A stretch of 64,000 nucleotides of DNA, from the NCBI GenBank assembly GCA_039908525.1, contig JAMOAY010000006.1, forward strand, positions 56,562 to 120,561. The letters run 5' to 3'. Below are positions 20,387-31,509 of the stretch, piece by piece. The position numbers and the translations under genes were made by a program. Below the pieces are notes generated by a model that did no database searches, was not told the origin of the DNA, and saw only the letters and a list, made by a program, of their open reading frames with translations. Every line of letters starts with the position of its first letter. Positions within the stretch are counted from its first letter, which is position 1. This DNA comes from Magnetococcus sp. MYC-9. GTDB lineage: Bacteria; Pseudomonadota; Magnetococcia; Magnetococcales; Magnetaquicoccaceae.

Positions 20387-23300
20387 ATGAGCCATTTTCT
20401 GGATCGGCTGAAATTTTTCAAACGGCTGGGGCAACCCTTCGCCGACGGACATGGCGTCACCACCCAGGAGGATCGCAGCTGGGAGGACGGATATCGCAAC
20501 CGTTGGCGACATGACAAGGTGGTGCGCTCCACCCATGGGGTGAACTGTACCGGCGGTTGCAGCTGGAAGATCCATGTCAAAGGGGGGCTGGTCGCCTTTG
20601 AGATGCAGCAGACCGACTACCCCGCCACCCGCCCCGAAATGCCCAATCATGAACCGCGGGGCTGTCAGCGGGGAGCGAGCTTTTCCTGGTACCTCTACAG
20701 CCCCCACCGGGTCAAATATCCGTTGATTCGTGGCCGTCTGGTGGAGATCTATCGGCAGATGCGGGCACAAGGCAAGGATCCCGTCGATGCCTGGGCCGCC
20801 ATTCAGGCCGATCCGGCTCTGCGGGCGCGTTATACCGCCGTCCGGGGGTTGGGCGGTTTCGTGCGGGCCGAATGGGATGAGGTGGTGGAGATCATTGCCG
20901 CCGCCAACATTCATACCATTGAAAAACATGGCCCGGACCGCATCTATGGCTTCTCGCCAATCCCTGCCATGTCGATGATCTCCTATGCGGCGGGCTCCCG
21001 CTATCTCTCCCTGATCGGCGGGGTTCCTCTCTCTTTTTACGACTGGTATTGCGACCTGCCTCCCTCTTCGCCACAAACCTGGGGAGAGCAGACCGATGTG
21101 CCGGAATCCGCCGATTGGTTCAACGCCGGCTATATCATCCTCTGCGGCGCCAACCTGCCCATGACCCGCACCCCGGATGCCCATTTCGCCGTGGAAGCAC
21201 GTTACAATGGTACCAAGATTGTCTCCATGGCCCCGGATTACGCCGAATATGTCAAGCTGGCCGACCATTGGCTGCCGGTGCGACAGGGCACCGACGCCGC
21301 CGCCTTCCTGGCCATGGGGCACGTGGTTCTCAAAGAGTTTTTTCTCGAACGGGTCGAGCCTTATTTCTGGGAGTACGCCCAGCGCTACACCGACCTGCCC
21401 ATGCTGGTCACCCTGCGGGCCTACGGGGATCATTGGGTGCCGGACCGCTTTTTGCGCGCTGCGGATTTCGACGACCGTCTGGGGGAGGAGAACAACCCGG
21501 CATGGAAAACGGTGCTGTTCGATGAACGCAGTGGCCAGTATGTCTGTCCCAACGGTTCGGTCGGCTTTCGCTGGGGGGAAGAGGGGCGATGGAACATCCT
21601 GCCCCGCAACGCCCGCGACCAGCAGGAGATTTCGGCCCAGCTCAGTGCCATCGACCGGCACGATGGCGTGGAACGGGTGGCCCTGCCCCACTTCGCCCCC
21701 CAGGAACCACGGGAGAGGATGGTTCAGGTACCGGTGCGCATGATCTCATGCAGCGGCGGGGTGATCCGGGTGGCCACCGTGTTCGATCTGCAGGTGGCGC
21801 AATACGGTCTCGGCCGTGGCTTGCCGGGGGAGGAGAGCGTCGGCTACGACGATGCCGCTCGACCTTACACCCCGGCCTGGCAGGAAAAGATCACCGGCGT
21901 GGCAGCTGCCGACATCATCCGCACGGCTCGAGAGTTTGCCGACAATGCCGCCAAAACCAGGGGCAAGTCGATGGTCATCCTCGGCGCGGCGGCCAACCAC
22001 TGGTATCACAGCGACATGAGCTACCGCTCCACCATGAATCTGCTGCATCTGTGCGGCTGCGTGGGCCAGTCCGGGGGCGGTTGGGCTCACTATGTGGGCC
22101 AGGAAAAGCTTCGGCCCCAGGCAGGGTGGGCACCGATCGCCTTCGGGCTGGACTGGCACAAACCGCCGCGCCTCATGAACGGCACCAGCTTTTTCTATTT
22201 TCATACCGACCAGTGGCGCTACGAGCGGCTGTCGGCAGACGAATTTCTCACCCCATCGGCCAAGGGCAAGTACCGGGGCCATCAACTGGTCGATTACAAT
22301 GTGGTCGCCCAGCGACTGGGCTGGTTACCCTCGGCCCCCCATTTCAACCGCAACCCCCTGGAGATGTGCCGCGCCGCCGTGGCGGAGGGTGCCGGCAGCG
22401 ATGCGGAGATCGTCCAACAGGTGGTGGCGGACCTGAAGAGTGGGCGCACGGCCTTTGCCGCCGAGGATGTGGACGCGCCGGAGAATTTCCCCCGCAACCT
22501 GTTTGTCTGGCGGGCCAATCTGCTGGGCACCAGTGCCAAGGGGCATGAGTATTTCCTGAAACATCTGCTGGGAGCGCAGAACGGTGTCCTGAATCAGGGT
22601 ACCGAGGGGAAGGCCGCCCGGGAGGTCCGCTGGCGCCCGCAGGCCCCCACCGGCAAGCTGGATCTGCTGGTGGATATCAATTTCCGTCTGAACTCCACCG
22701 GTGCCTACGCAGACATTGTTCTGCCCACCGCCACCTGGTATGAAAAGACCGATCTCAACACCACCGACATGCACCCTTTCATCCATCCGCTGAGCGAAGC
22801 GGTGGCGCCTGGTTGGCAGAGTCGCTCCGACTGGCAGATTTTCCAGTCCATCGCCAAGCGGTTTGCCGAGTTGGCCAAGGAACGGCTGGGGGTGTGCAAG
22901 GATCTGGTGGCGGTGCCGTCCATGCACGACTCCCCCGGCGAGTTGGGGCAGCCCTTTGGGGTTTTGGATTGGAAAAGGGGTGATGTGGAGCCGATACCCG
23001 GCAAGACCCTGCCCAATCTCAAGGTGGTCGAGCGGGATTATGGGGCCGTCCACGACCGATTCATCACCCTGGGGCCCTTGCTGGTCAGCGAGGGCAACAA
23101 CGTCAAGGGGCTGGATTGGCAGACCGCAACCGAGTACGAAGAGCTGAAGATTCTCAACGGCACCTACCAGGGGCGTCCCCTGTTGCAACGGGACGAAGCG
23201 GTGTGCGAGGCGGTACTGAATCTGGCCCCGGAGACCCAGGGGGAGGTGGCGCACAAAGCCTGGCAGGCCCTGGAGAAAAAAACCGGCCTCTCCCATACCC

Positions 23301-24139
23301 ACCTGAGCGCGGCGCGCCGGGAGGAGCGGATTCGTCTGGCCGATATTTGTGTTCAGCCGCGCAAGATCATCACCGCCCCCACCTGGAGCGGCATCGAGTC
23401 GGAGCATGTCAGCTATACGGCCAGTTACACCAACATCCATGAGCACATTCCCTTCCGTACCCTGACCGGTCGGGCACACTTTTATCAGGATCATGAATGG
23501 ATGCTGGACTTTGGCGAGGGGTTTTGCACCTACCGCCCCCCTGCCCTGCTCAACGCCCACTTGCATCTTCCGGAGCGGGTGAAACGGGGACCGCATCTGC
23601 TGTTGAACTGGATCACCCCCCACTCCAAATGGGGCATTCACAGCACCTATAACGACAACCTGCGCATGTTGACCCTGTTCCGGGGCGGACCCACGGTCTG
23701 GGTGGCGGAGGCAGACGCCCAGAGCATCGGCCTGGTGGACAACGACTGGGTGGAGGCGGTCAATGCCAATGGGGCAACGGTGGCCAGGGTGGTGGTCTCC
23801 CAGAGAATCCCGAGGGGGATGGCCATGATGTACCATGCCCAGGAGAAGATCATCAACGTGCCGGGCTCCCCCAGCACCGGCAAGCGGGGGGGAATACTCA
23901 ACTCGGTGACCCGGATCGTGGTCAAACCCACCCACATGATCGGCGGCTATGCGCAGCTCGCCTATGGATTCAACTATTATGGTACGGTGGGGTCGCAGAG
24001 GGATGAATTCGTCGCCATCCACAAGATCGAGGCCCCGCGCATGGACTGGCTGGAGAAACCGTTGACGGCCGAGCGGGAGAGTCAGCCCGATCCCCCTGCC
24101 CGACTGCTGGAGACGGCCACTACCCGGAGGCAAGCATGA
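20387..24139 (+). CDS. narG: Respiratory nitrate reductase alpha subunit (Mo-bisPGD)
   Basis: MSHFLDRL start, RSTHGVNCTGGCSW (His-ligated FS0), YDWYCDLPP, TPHSKWGIHS; no Tat signal, so cytoplasm-facing. Confidence 0.98.
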   Translation: MSHFLDRLKFFKRLGQPFADGHGVTTQEDRSWEDGYRNRWRHDKVVRSTHGVNCTGGCSWKIHVKGGLVAFEMQQTDYPATRPEMPNHEPRGCQRGASFSWYLYSPHRVKYPLIRGRLVEIYRQMRAQGKDPVDAWAAIQADPALRARYTAVRGLGGFVRAEWDEVVEIIAAANIHTIEKHGPDRIYGFSPIPAMSMISYAAGSRYLSLIGGVPLSFYDWYCDLPPSSPQTWGEQTDVPESADWFNAGYIILCGANLPMTRTPDAHFAVEARYNGTKIVSMAPDYAEYVKLADHWLPVRQGTDAAAFLAMGHVVLKEFFLERVEPYFWEYAQRYTDLPMLVTLRAYGDHWVPDRFLRAADFDDRLGEENNPAWKTVLFDERSGQYVCPNGSVGFRWGEEGRWNILPRNARDQQEISAQLSAIDRHDGVERVALPHFAPQEPRERMVQVPVRMISCSGGVIRVATVFDLQVAQYGLGRGLPGEESVGYDDAARPYTPAWQEKITGVAAADIIRTAREFADNAAKTRGKSMVILGAAANHWYHSDMSYRSTMNLLHLCGCVGQSGGGWAHYVGQEKLRPQAGWAPIAFGLDWHKPPRLMNGTSFFYFHTDQWRYERLSADEFLTPSAKGKYRGHQLVDYNVVAQRLGWLPSAPHFNRNPLEMCRAAVAEGAGSDAEIVQQVVADLKSGRTAFAAEDVDAPENFPRNLFVWRANLLGTSAKGHEYFLKHLLGAQNGVLNQGTEGKAAREVRWRPQAPTGKLDLLVDINFRLNSTGAYADIVLPTATWYEKTDLNTTDMHPFIHPLSEAVAPGWQSRSDWQIFQSIAKRFAELAKERLGVCKDLVAVPSMHDSPGELGQPFGVLDWKRGDVEPIPGKTLPNLKVVERDYGAVHDRFITLGPLLVSEGNNVKGLDWQTATEYEELKILNGTYQGRPLLQRDEAVCEAVLNLAPETQGEVAHKAWQALEKKTGLSHTHLSAARREERIRLADICVQPRKIITAPTWSGIESEHVSYTASYTNIHEHIPFRTLTGRAHFYQDHEWMLDFGEGFCTYRPPALLNAHLHLPERVKRGPHLLLNWITPHSKWGIHSTYNDNLRMLTLFRGGPTVWVAEADAQSIGLVDNDWVEAVNANGATVARVVVSQRIPRGMAMMYHAQEKIINVPGSPSTGKRGGILNSVTRIVVKPTHMIGGYAQLAYGFNYYGTVGSQRDEFVAIHKIEAPRMDWLEKPLTAERESQPDPPARLLETATTRRQA

Positions 24140-25668
24140 ACATTCGCGCCCAGATCGCCATGGTTCTGAACCTGGATAAATGCATTGGCTGCCACACCTG
24201 CTCGGTGACCTGCAAGAATGTCTGGAGCAATCGCAGAGGGGTGGAGTATGCCTGGTTCAACAATGTGGAAAGCAAGCCGGGCATCGGCTACCCCAAAAAC
24301 TGGGAAGATCAGAGCCTCTGGCGTGGGGGTTGGCAAAGCAAAAACGGCGCTTTACTGCTGCGCACCGGCGGGCGTCTGGCGCATCTGAAAAACATCTTTG
24401 CCAACCCGGACCTGCCGCAGATAGACGATTATTACGAGCCCTTCGACTTCGATTATGCCCATCTGCAAAACGCCCCCCTCTCCGAGGCGACACCCACCGC
24501 CCGGCCCCGTTCCCTGATCGACGGGCTGCGCATGGAAAAGATCCAGTGGGGCCCCAACTGGGAGGATGGACTGGCGGGGGAGTTTGCCAAACGGAGCGAG
24601 GATGTCAACTTTGCGGGCGTCGGCAGGGAGATCTATGCCGAATTCGAGAAATCGTTCCAGCTCTTTCTGCCGCGTCTGTGCAACCACTGTCTGAACCCGG
24701 CCTGTGTGGCCGGTTGTCCCTCCGGCTCCATCTACAAGCGGGTCGAGGATGGCATCGTGCTGGTGGACCAGGAGCGCTGCCGGGGCTGGCGGATGTGCGT
24801 CAGCGCCTGCCCCTACAAAAAGGTCTATTACAACTGGGAGTCGGGCAAGTCGGAAAAATGCCTGCTCTGTTATCCACGCATCGAGTCGGGGATGCCCACC
24901 AACTGTGCGGAGTCCTGTGTCGGTCGCATTCGCTACATGGGGGTGGTACTGTACGATGCCGACCGCATCCGGCAGGCGGCGGTGACCCCGGATGAAAAAG
25001 GGCTCTATCAATCCCAGCTGGATCTGTTTCTGAATCCCCACGATCCCGAGGTGGTGCAGGCAGCCCAGCGGGAGGGGGTTCCGGCCTCCTGGCTGGAGGC
25101 GGCCCGCCGTTCGCCGGTTTATAAAATGGCGGTGGAGTGGAAGATCGCCTTCCCGCTGCACCCGGAGTTTCGCACCCTGCCGATGATGTGGTATGTGCCG
25201 CCCCTGTCGCCGATCCAGTCGCGGCTGGAGGCCGGCCAACTGCCCACCGAGGGAGGGGGTTTCTTCCCGGAGCCCGGCGCCTTGCGGCTGCCGGTGGGCT
25301 ATCTGGCCAACCTGTTCACCGCCGGCGAGGAGAAACCGGTTCTGGATGCCCTCCACCGTTTGCTGGCCATGCGTACCTACCGGCGCTCCCTGAAACGGTT
25401 GGAGGAGGCCGACACGGCCGTGCTGGCCGAATTGGGGCTGACGGTGGCGCAGGTGGAGGAGATGTACCGTCTGTTGGCCCTGGCGGACTACCGGGATCGC
25501 TATGTCATCCCCACCTCGGCCCGGGAGTGGAGTCTGGACGACCCGTCTGCCTTCCAGGGGCACAACGGTCTTTCGTTCGGCCATGAGGGCGCGGCGGACG
25601 CTTTCTCATTGTTTCCGGATCCACGGCGCACGACCCAACCGGCCAAAGGGGACAGGGAAGGGGGATGA
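24136..25668 (+). CDS. narH: Respiratory nitrate reductase beta subunit
   Basis: LNLDKCIGCHTCSVTCK, CNHCLNPACV, CRGWRMCVSACPY. Confidence 0.98.
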   Translation: MNIRAQIAMVLNLDKCIGCHTCSVTCKNVWSNRRGVEYAWFNNVESKPGIGYPKNWEDQSLWRGGWQSKNGALLLRTGGRLAHLKNIFANPDLPQIDDYYEPFDFDYAHLQNAPLSEATPTARPRSLIDGLRMEKIQWGPNWEDGLAGEFAKRSEDVNFAGVGREIYAEFEKSFQLFLPRLCNHCLNPACVAGCPSGSIYKRVEDGIVLVDQERCRGWRMCVSACPYKKVYYNWESGKSEKCLLCYPRIESGMPTNCAESCVGRIRYMGVVLYDADRIRQAAVTPDEKGLYQSQLDLFLNPHDPEVVQAAQREGVPASWLEAARRSPVYKMAVEWKIAFPLHPEFRTLPMMWYVPPLSPIQSRLEAGQLPTEGGGFFPEPGALRLPVGYLANLFTAGEEKPVLDALHRLLAMRTYRRSLKRLEEADTAVLAELGLTVAQVEEMYRLLALADYRDRYVIPTSAREWSLDDPSAFQGHNGLSFGHEGAADAFSLFPDPRRTTQPAKGDREGG

Positions 25669-26192
25669 TGTCGCTCTTTGCCATCCTTTCCGCTCTGCTG
25701 GACTATCCCACGACGGAGTTGCAAGGGGCCCTGGGGGAGATTCGTCTGCGCACCGAGACGGCCAACGATCTGGAAGATGCCGAACGGCAGGCCATTCTGG
25801 CGCTGCTGGCCACCCTGGAGGAGTGTTCCATCGTGGAGTTGCAGAGCCGGTACGTGGAAATATTTGATCTGAACCCGGACCACAGTCTCCATTTGACCCA
25901 TCATCTGCTGGGGGATGACAACCGGGAGCGGGGACCGGCCTTGATCCAGCTGGCCAGCCATTTTTGCCAGCAGGGCTGGGAGATCCACAATGGCGAGCTG
26001 CCGGATTTTCTGCCTTTGTTGTTGGAATTTGCGGCACAGCTGCCGCTGCAGGATGCGGAATCCTTTCTGGCCGAAGCGGTTCCGGCCCTGGCCATCCTGG
26101 CCGGCAATCTGGAGCGGCACGGCCACCCAGCCCATGCGGCGCTGGTCCGTCTGGTGGAACGGCGCGGCAGACGGGCCCTGGCAACCGCCTGA
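25665..26192 (+). CDS. narJ: Nitrate reductase molybdenum cofactor assembly chaperone
   Basis: LLDYP, YVEIFD, RERGPAL, ELPDFLPLLLEF; position in the nar operon. Confidence 0.92.
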   Translation: MMSLFAILSALLDYPTTELQGALGEIRLRTETANDLEDAERQAILALLATLEECSIVELQSRYVEIFDLNPDHSLHLTHHLLGDDNRERGPALIQLASHFCQQGWEIHNGELPDFLPLLLEFAAQLPLQDAESFLAEAVPALAILAGNLERHGHPAHAALVRLVERRGRRALATA

Positions 26193-26209
26193 CATCATGG
26201 AGTCGTGCG

Positions 26210-26914
26210 ATGAACCTCGATCATTTCTTGTTTGAAATCTATCCCTATATGGCCATGAGCATCTTTGTGCTGGGCAGTTGGCTCCGTTACGACCGGGAGA
26301 GTTACAGCTGGAAAACCGACTCCAGCCAACTGTTGGCGCAGGAGCATATGCTGTGGGGCAGCAACCTGTTTCACGTGGGGGTCATTGCCATCTTTTTTGG
26401 CCATGCGTTGGGGCTGCTGACGCCGCACAGCTGGTTGCTGGCGGGGGGAATTTCGGACCTGGCCCATCAGATCGTTGCCATCACGGCGGGTCTGCTGTTT
26501 GGCCTGCTCGCCCTGGCGGGAGGGGGACTGTTGCTGTGGCGGCGTCTGACCAACCGCCGTGTCCGGGCCACGGGACGCAGCCGGGATCTTTTCATCCTGG
26601 GCTGGTTGTTGGCCACCTTGAGTTTGGGCTTGTTGACCATCCCGGTCTCCATGGGCCATGCGGCGCATGGCAATGTGCAGGCGATGCTCTCTCTGGCAGC
26701 CTGGGTGCAAAGCGTGGTGACCCTCCAGGCCGACGCCACGTTGCTGGCCAGGGTGGAGCCGATCTTTAAATGGCATCTGTTCTTTGGCATGACGGTTTTC
26801 CTGCTGTTTCCGTTCACCCGCCTGGTGCATGTCCTGAGTGTACCCATCGGCTACCTGGGCCGCGCCTGGCAGATCAGCCGCGCCTATCGTTCCTCACACA
26901 CCCCACGAGGATAG
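26210..26914 (+). CDS. narI: Respiratory nitrate reductase gamma subunit (cytochrome b)
   Basis: YPYMAMSIF, RYDRESYSWKTDSSQLL, GSNLFHVG, FPFTRLVH; start at ATG 26210. Confidence 0.96.
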   Translation: MNLDHFLFEIYPYMAMSIFVLGSWLRYDRESYSWKTDSSQLLAQEHMLWGSNLFHVGVIAIFFGHALGLLTPHSWLLAGGISDLAHQIVAITAGLLFGLLALAGGGLLLWRRLTNRRVRATGRSRDLFILGWLLATLSLGLLTIPVSMGHAAHGNVQAMLSLAAWVQSVVTLQADATLLARVEPIFKWHLFFGMTVFLLFPFTRLVHVLSVPIGYLGRAWQISRAYRSSHTPRG

Positions 26915-26962
26915 TCCCCCTGAACCCGTCACAACTAAAAACCGCGTCTCGCCCCGGATACA

Positions 26963-26991
26963 TTGACTTTGCAAAAAAAAACCACTATTCT
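26963..26991 (+). promoter_or_regulatory. Sigma70 promoter upstream of infA
   Basis: TTGACT-N17-TATTCT followed by GC-rich GCCCGG. Confidence 0.6.
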
Positions 26992-27091
26992 GCCCGGTCT
27001 ACACGTCTGAAGGGTCCTGGGGACCTGTTTCGGAGATGAATGCGGTGCGCCGGAGTTGCGGCTTCTCGCCCGTTGTACGAAGGAGAATGCG

Positions 27092-27310
27092 GTGAGCAAG
27101 GAAGATGTGATCGAGATGGAAGGGACGGTTCTCGAGAACCTGCCCAATGCCATGTTCCAGGTGGAACTGGAGAACAAACACAAATTGCTGTGCCATATTT
27201 CAGGCAGAATGCGCAAACATTACATCCGCATCCTGCCGGGCGATAAAGTGACGGTACAACTGACCCCCTATGACCTCTCCAAAGGACGCATCTCCTATCG
27301 CCACAAGTAA
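27092..27310 (+). CDS. infA: Translation initiation factor IF-1
   Basis: [44 protein letters not shown]; GTG start after AAGGAG. Confidence 0.97.
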   Translation: MSKEDVIEMEGTVLENLPNAMFQVELENKHKLLCHISGRMRKHYIRILPGDKVTVQLTPYDLSKGRISYRHK

Positions 27311-29243
27311 GGCAGGTTCTTCCTACGACGCCTCTCACATCGAGGTTCTGGAAGGGCTGGAAGGGGTGCGGCGCCGTCCCGGCATGTATATCGGCGGAAC
27401 GGACGAACGGGCCCTGCACCACTTGGTGGCCGAACTGCTGGACAACGCCATGGACGAGGCGGTGGCTGGTCACGCAGACCGCATCACCCTGGTCATGGCC
27501 GCCGATGGCTCGGTCAGTGTCGGCGATAACGGACGCGGTGTGCCGGTGGATCCCCTTTCCCGCTATCCGGACCGTTCGGCCCTGGAAGTCATTTTCACCA
27601 CCCTGCATGCCGGTGGCAAATTTCATGACAAAGCCTACGCCACCGCCGGCGGTTTGAACGGCGTTGGCGCCTCGGTGGTCAATGCCCTCTCCCTGTGGAC
27701 CGAGGTAGTGGTCGAACGGGATGGCTACAAATGGCGGCAGAACTTCTCCCGCGGCAAGCCCGCCACAGCCCTGGAACAGCTGGCCCCCTCCCGCCATCAC
27801 GGCACCCAGGTCACCTTTCTGCCCGACCCGGAAATATTCCCCGACCCGACCTTCCAGGTGGAACGGGTGGTGGAGATGTGCCGCGCCAAGGCCTACCTGA
27901 ATCGGGGTGTGGTGATTCGGGTCAAAGTGGAACAGAGCGGCGAGGAGATGGCTTTTCATTTCCCCAACGGCCTGGAGGATTTTGTCCGCAATCAGGTGGC
28001 TAGCCAGGAACGGGTGGTTCCCGCCCTGTTTGCCGGCACCATCGTCGAAAACGCGACCGGGTTGTTCCGCATGGAGTGGGCCATGACCTGGACCCAGGGG
28101 GAAGAGAGTCGGCTGCTCTCCTACTGCAACACCATCCCCACCCCCCTGGGGGGGGTCCACGAGAGCGGGCTGCGCGCCGCCCTGGTGCGGGCCATGCGCG
28201 AGTACGCCGAGGCCAAACATCTGCTGCCCAAAGGGGTTGTCCTCTCCATTGAGGATGTGCTGGAGGGGCTGTTCGCCGTGCTCTCCATCTTTCTCGGCAA
28301 CCCGCAATTTTTCGGGCAAACCAAAGAAAAACTCAGCAATGTCGGGGTCTCCCGACGGGTGGAAGGGATCCTCAAGGACCATCTCGACCACTGGCTGTAT
28401 GGCCACCCGGAGCAGGCCACTGCCCTGCTGATGAGCATGGTGGAGCGGGCCCAGCAACGGCTGAATCGCAAAAAGCTGGTGGCGCCTGTCAGTCGCAAGA
28501 CCGCCACCAGTCGCCTCACCCTGCCGGGCAAGCTGACCGACTGCATCAGCTCCGACACCAAGAACACCGAGCTGTTCATCGTCGAGGGGGATTCCGCCGG
28601 CGGATCCGCCAAGCAGGCCCGCAACCGCCACAATCAGGCCATTCTGCCCCTGCGCGGCAAAATCTTGAACGTGGAACAGGCTTCACACGGTAACCAGCTG
28701 GAAAAATTCGAAAAAAACACCGAGGTGCAAAATCTGGTCACCGCCATCGGCACCGGGTACGGAGCACAGTTCGAACTGAGCAAATTGCGTTACGGACGGG
28801 TGATCATCATGACCGACGCCGATGTGGATGGGGCCCACATCGCCAGCCTGCTGCTGACCTTTTTCTACCGTTTTATGCCGGAGTTGATCCGCCAACAGCA
28901 CCTGTTCCTGGCCCAACCGCCCCTGTTCCGGGTGACGGTGGGCAGTGAGAGCACCTATGCCCTGGATGAGGCGGAAAAGGAGCGTCTGGTCGAAAAGATC
29001 CGCCAAAAAAAGAGCCAGGCCAAGATCGAGATCTCCCGCTTCAAAGGGTTGGGGGAGATGGATCCCCACCAACTGCGGGATACGACGATGAACCCCGCCA
29101 GCCGCCATCTGCTGCGGGTCTGTATCGATGACGCCCAGCAGACCGACGACTCTTTCGACCGTTTGATGGGCAAAAACTCTGCCCAACGTTACGCCTTCAT
29201 CCAGGAAAAAGCCCCCTTTGCCCAAAACCATCTGGACATTTGA
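27270..29243 (+). CDS. parE: DNA topoisomerase IV subunit B
   Basis: [62 protein letters not shown]; 657 aa without the GyrB insertion. Start uncertain (lies inside infA). Confidence 0.9.
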   Translation: MTSPKDASPIATSKAGSSYDASHIEVLEGLEGVRRRPGMYIGGTDERALHHLVAELLDNAMDEAVAGHADRITLVMAADGSVSVGDNGRGVPVDPLSRYPDRSALEVIFTTLHAGGKFHDKAYATAGGLNGVGASVVNALSLWTEVVVERDGYKWRQNFSRGKPATALEQLAPSRHHGTQVTFLPDPEIFPDPTFQVERVVEMCRAKAYLNRGVVIRVKVEQSGEEMAFHFPNGLEDFVRNQVASQERVVPALFAGTIVENATGLFRMEWAMTWTQGEESRLLSYCNTIPTPLGGVHESGLRAALVRAMREYAEAKHLLPKGVVLSIEDVLEGLFAVLSIFLGNPQFFGQTKEKLSNVGVSRRVEGILKDHLDHWLYGHPEQATALLMSMVERAQQRLNRKKLVAPVSRKTATSRLTLPGKLTDCISSDTKNTELFIVEGDSAGGSAKQARNRHNQAILPLRGKILNVEQASHGNQLEKFEKNTEVQNLVTAIGTGYGAQFELSKLRYGRVIIMTDADVDGAHIASLLLTFFYRFMPELIRQQHLFLAQPPLFRVTVGSESTYALDEAEKERLVEKIRQKKSQAKIEISRFKGLGEMDPHQLRDTTMNPASRHLLRVCIDDAQQTDDSFDRLMGKNSAQRYAFIQEKAPFAQNHLDI

Positions 29244-29268
29244 ATACCCGTTCAAGCGAGAGCCTGCC

Positions 29269-30555
29269 ATGCCCCTGAAACTGCTTTGTCTGCTCTGCCT
29301 CTGGCTGTTACCCCACACGCCCCTGGCCGCAGGGGAGGATGCCTTCCTGCAAGCTCTTCAGCAGGCACTGACCGGCAATCCCGAGATCAAGGCGGCCCAG
29401 GCCAATCTGGTGGCAGCCCAGGAAAAGCTGCCGCAAAGCCGGGCGGTGCTGCTGCCCAGTGTGACTCTGAATGTGACCCCCACCCATACCCAAAGCCGCT
29501 GGCAAAACGGGGAACTCACCGAGCACTCGCTGGCGGGTGGGATAAGCCTGTCGCAGATCCTCTACAACCGACCGGCGTTGATTGCCTTCACGCAGACCGA
29601 ACCCTTCGTTGCCGCCTATGTCGATGAACTGGACGGCGCGGTGCAGGGGATCCTCTTCAAGATGGCTCAGGCTGCGGTGGCGTTGCTGCAGGCCCGGGAG
29701 ATCGCCCGTCTGGCCGGCAACAATCAACACGTGATGCAGCGCCACCTGTCGGCCACCCAGGCCCGTTACCAGGTGGGCGAGATCACCCGCACCAATGTCA
29801 GCCAGGCAGAGGCGCGGCTGGTCTCGGCACAGGCGGAGCAGGTCAAGGCCGACAACGATCTGGCGGTGGCGCAGGCCCACTATTTCGAGGTGGCGGGCAG
29901 CCCTGCCCCAGAAAAACTCACTCTGCCGGGCTTTCGCCATTCGCCGGGGGAGGGATCCCTGGAGAGTTGGCTGGCACAACTGGAACAGCGCCCCGATGTG
30001 CGGGCCGCCAGCAAACGGTTGAGCATCGCCGATGCGGCCATCGCCCAGGAACAGGCCGGCCACTGGCCCACGGTGGCTCTCACCTCCAGCGCCAACCACA
30101 CCTGGCAGAGAGGCAACATCGAAGAGGTGGACAAGTACAACCTGGGCATGAAGATGGAACTGCCTCTCTACAGCGGTGGCATGACCCTTTCCAAGACCGC
30201 CGAGGCCCAGGCTCGCCGGGATGCCCAGTGGGCACAACTGGACCGCTTGCGCCGCCAGGCCTATCGGGAGGTCGAGAAGGCCCGTCTGGACCTGCACAGC
30301 AGCCAGGTGTTGCTCAACTCTTTCAACAGCATCGTGGCGGCGGCCCAGATGGCCCGGGATGGGGTCGAACGGGAGTTCCGCGTCGGCACCCGTACCGCCC
30401 TGGAGCTTCTGGATGCCGAGCATGAGCTGTTCGCCAACCAGACAGAGCTGGCCAAAAATCGTTATGCCTGGGAACTGGCCCGTTTCCAGATGTTGCTGGT
30501 TGTGGGCCGTTTGACGATGGAGGAGCTTGTCTTTCGCCCCACCTCCACCCCATAA
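29269..30555 (+). CDS. TolC-family outer membrane efflux protein
   Basis: Signal peptide; two OEP halves ([18 protein letters not shown]; RPDVRAA..GHWPTV); [12 protein letters not shown]. Confidence 0.9.
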   Translation: MPLKLLCLLCLWLLPHTPLAAGEDAFLQALQQALTGNPEIKAAQANLVAAQEKLPQSRAVLLPSVTLNVTPTHTQSRWQNGELTEHSLAGGISLSQILYNRPALIAFTQTEPFVAAYVDELDGAVQGILFKMAQAAVALLQAREIARLAGNNQHVMQRHLSATQARYQVGEITRTNVSQAEARLVSAQAEQVKADNDLAVAQAHYFEVAGSPAPEKLTLPGFRHSPGEGSLESWLAQLEQRPDVRAASKRLSIADAAIAQEQAGHWPTVALTSSANHTWQRGNIEEVDKYNLGMKMELPLYSGGMTLSKTAEAQARRDAQWAQLDRLRRQAYREVEKARLDLHSSQVLLNSFNSIVAAAQMARDGVEREFRVGTRTALELLDAEHELFANQTELAKNRYAWELARFQMLLVVGRLTMEELVFRPTSTP

Positions 30556-30604
30556 TGGCGCGGAGGGGTCAGGGGGTTCATTTCATGAGAGAGGAGTCTG
30601 TCAA

Positions 30605-30841
30605 ATGCGTGATCAGGTTCAAAAGGTGTTGGATGAAATCCGGCCTTTTTTGCAGAGAGATGGCGGTGATGTCGAGTTGCTGGACGTGACCCCCGACCAT
30701 GTGGTGCAGGTTCGTTTGCGCGGTGCCTGCGGTTCGTGTCCCGGGGCCACCATGACCCTCAAAAACGGGATCGAACGCACCATCAAAGAGCGGATTCCGT
30801 CCATTGTGGCGGTGGAAAACGTACCCCAGTTCGCCGTCTAG
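30605..30841 (+). CDS. NifU C-terminal/NfuA-like Fe-S cluster carrier
   Basis: [31 protein letters not shown]. Confidence 0.92.
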   Translation: MRDQVQKVLDEIRPFLQRDGGDVELLDVTPDHVVQVRLRGACGSCPGATMTLKNGIERTIKERIPSIVAVENVPQFAV

Positions 30842-30850
30842 TCGTCTTCC

Positions 30851-31447
30851 ATGCCGCCGGCCCCTTTTCGCCTGCTGCCTTCGCCTTTTTTCGATCAGCG
30901 TCCGCCCGGCATGCCCATCGAGCTGCTGGTGGTGCATGCCATCAGCCTGCCGCCGGGCTGCTTTGGTGGCACGGAGATCGACGATCTGTTCCTGGGACGT
31001 TTGGCGCAGCGGGATTGGGGGCCGGAACCTCCCCCTTTTTATGAAGATGTCGCAACCTTGCGGGTCTCTGCCCATTTTTTGATTGACCGTCTGGGCCGCG
31101 TCACCCAATATGTACCGGTGGCGGAGCGTGCCTGGCATGCCGGCGTCAGCCTCTGGCAAGGGCGGCCACGCTGCAATGATTTTTCCATCGGGATCGAGCT
31201 GGAAGGGGATGCCTACAGCCTGTTTGAGCCGATCCAGTATCAGCGTCTGGCCACATTGATCAAAACCCTGCACAAGGGATTGCAACAACGGGGCTGGGGA
31301 GGTATCCCGCGACGACAGATCGTCGGCCATGAGCATATTGCTCCTGGACGCAAGTGGGATCCGGGACCTTTTTTTGATTGGGATGCCCTTTGGGGGGTAT
31401 TGAACCGTGCCAGAGCGGTCAAGTGGCCGCTGGTCTGGCAGGCTTGA
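30851..31447 (+). CDS. ampD: 1,6-anhydro-N-acetylmuramyl-L-alanine amidase
   Basis: VVHAISLPPG, VSAHFLIDR, AWHAG, SIGIELEG, GHEHIAPGRKWDPG. Confidence 0.93.
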   Translation: MPPAPFRLLPSPFFDQRPPGMPIELLVVHAISLPPGCFGGTEIDDLFLGRLAQRDWGPEPPPFYEDVATLRVSAHFLIDRLGRVTQYVPVAERAWHAGVSLWQGRPRCNDFSIGIELEGDAYSLFEPIQYQRLATLIKTLHKGLQQRGWGGIPRRQIVGHEHIAPGRKWDPGPFFDWDALWGVLNRARAVKWPLVWQA

Positions 31448-31448
31448 T

Positions 31449-31497
31449 CCCACCAGGGGGCTAATCCCCCTGGACCCATAATAGTTTAGAGACTATT
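31449..31497 (+). repeat. Dispersed double-hairpin repeat, copy 3 (5'-truncated)
   Basis: CCCACCAGGGGG-CTAAT-CCCCCTGGACCCATAATAGT-TTAGAG-ACTATT between ampD and mpl. Confidence 0.8.
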
Positions 31498-31509
31498 CAA
31501 GGAGACTCC

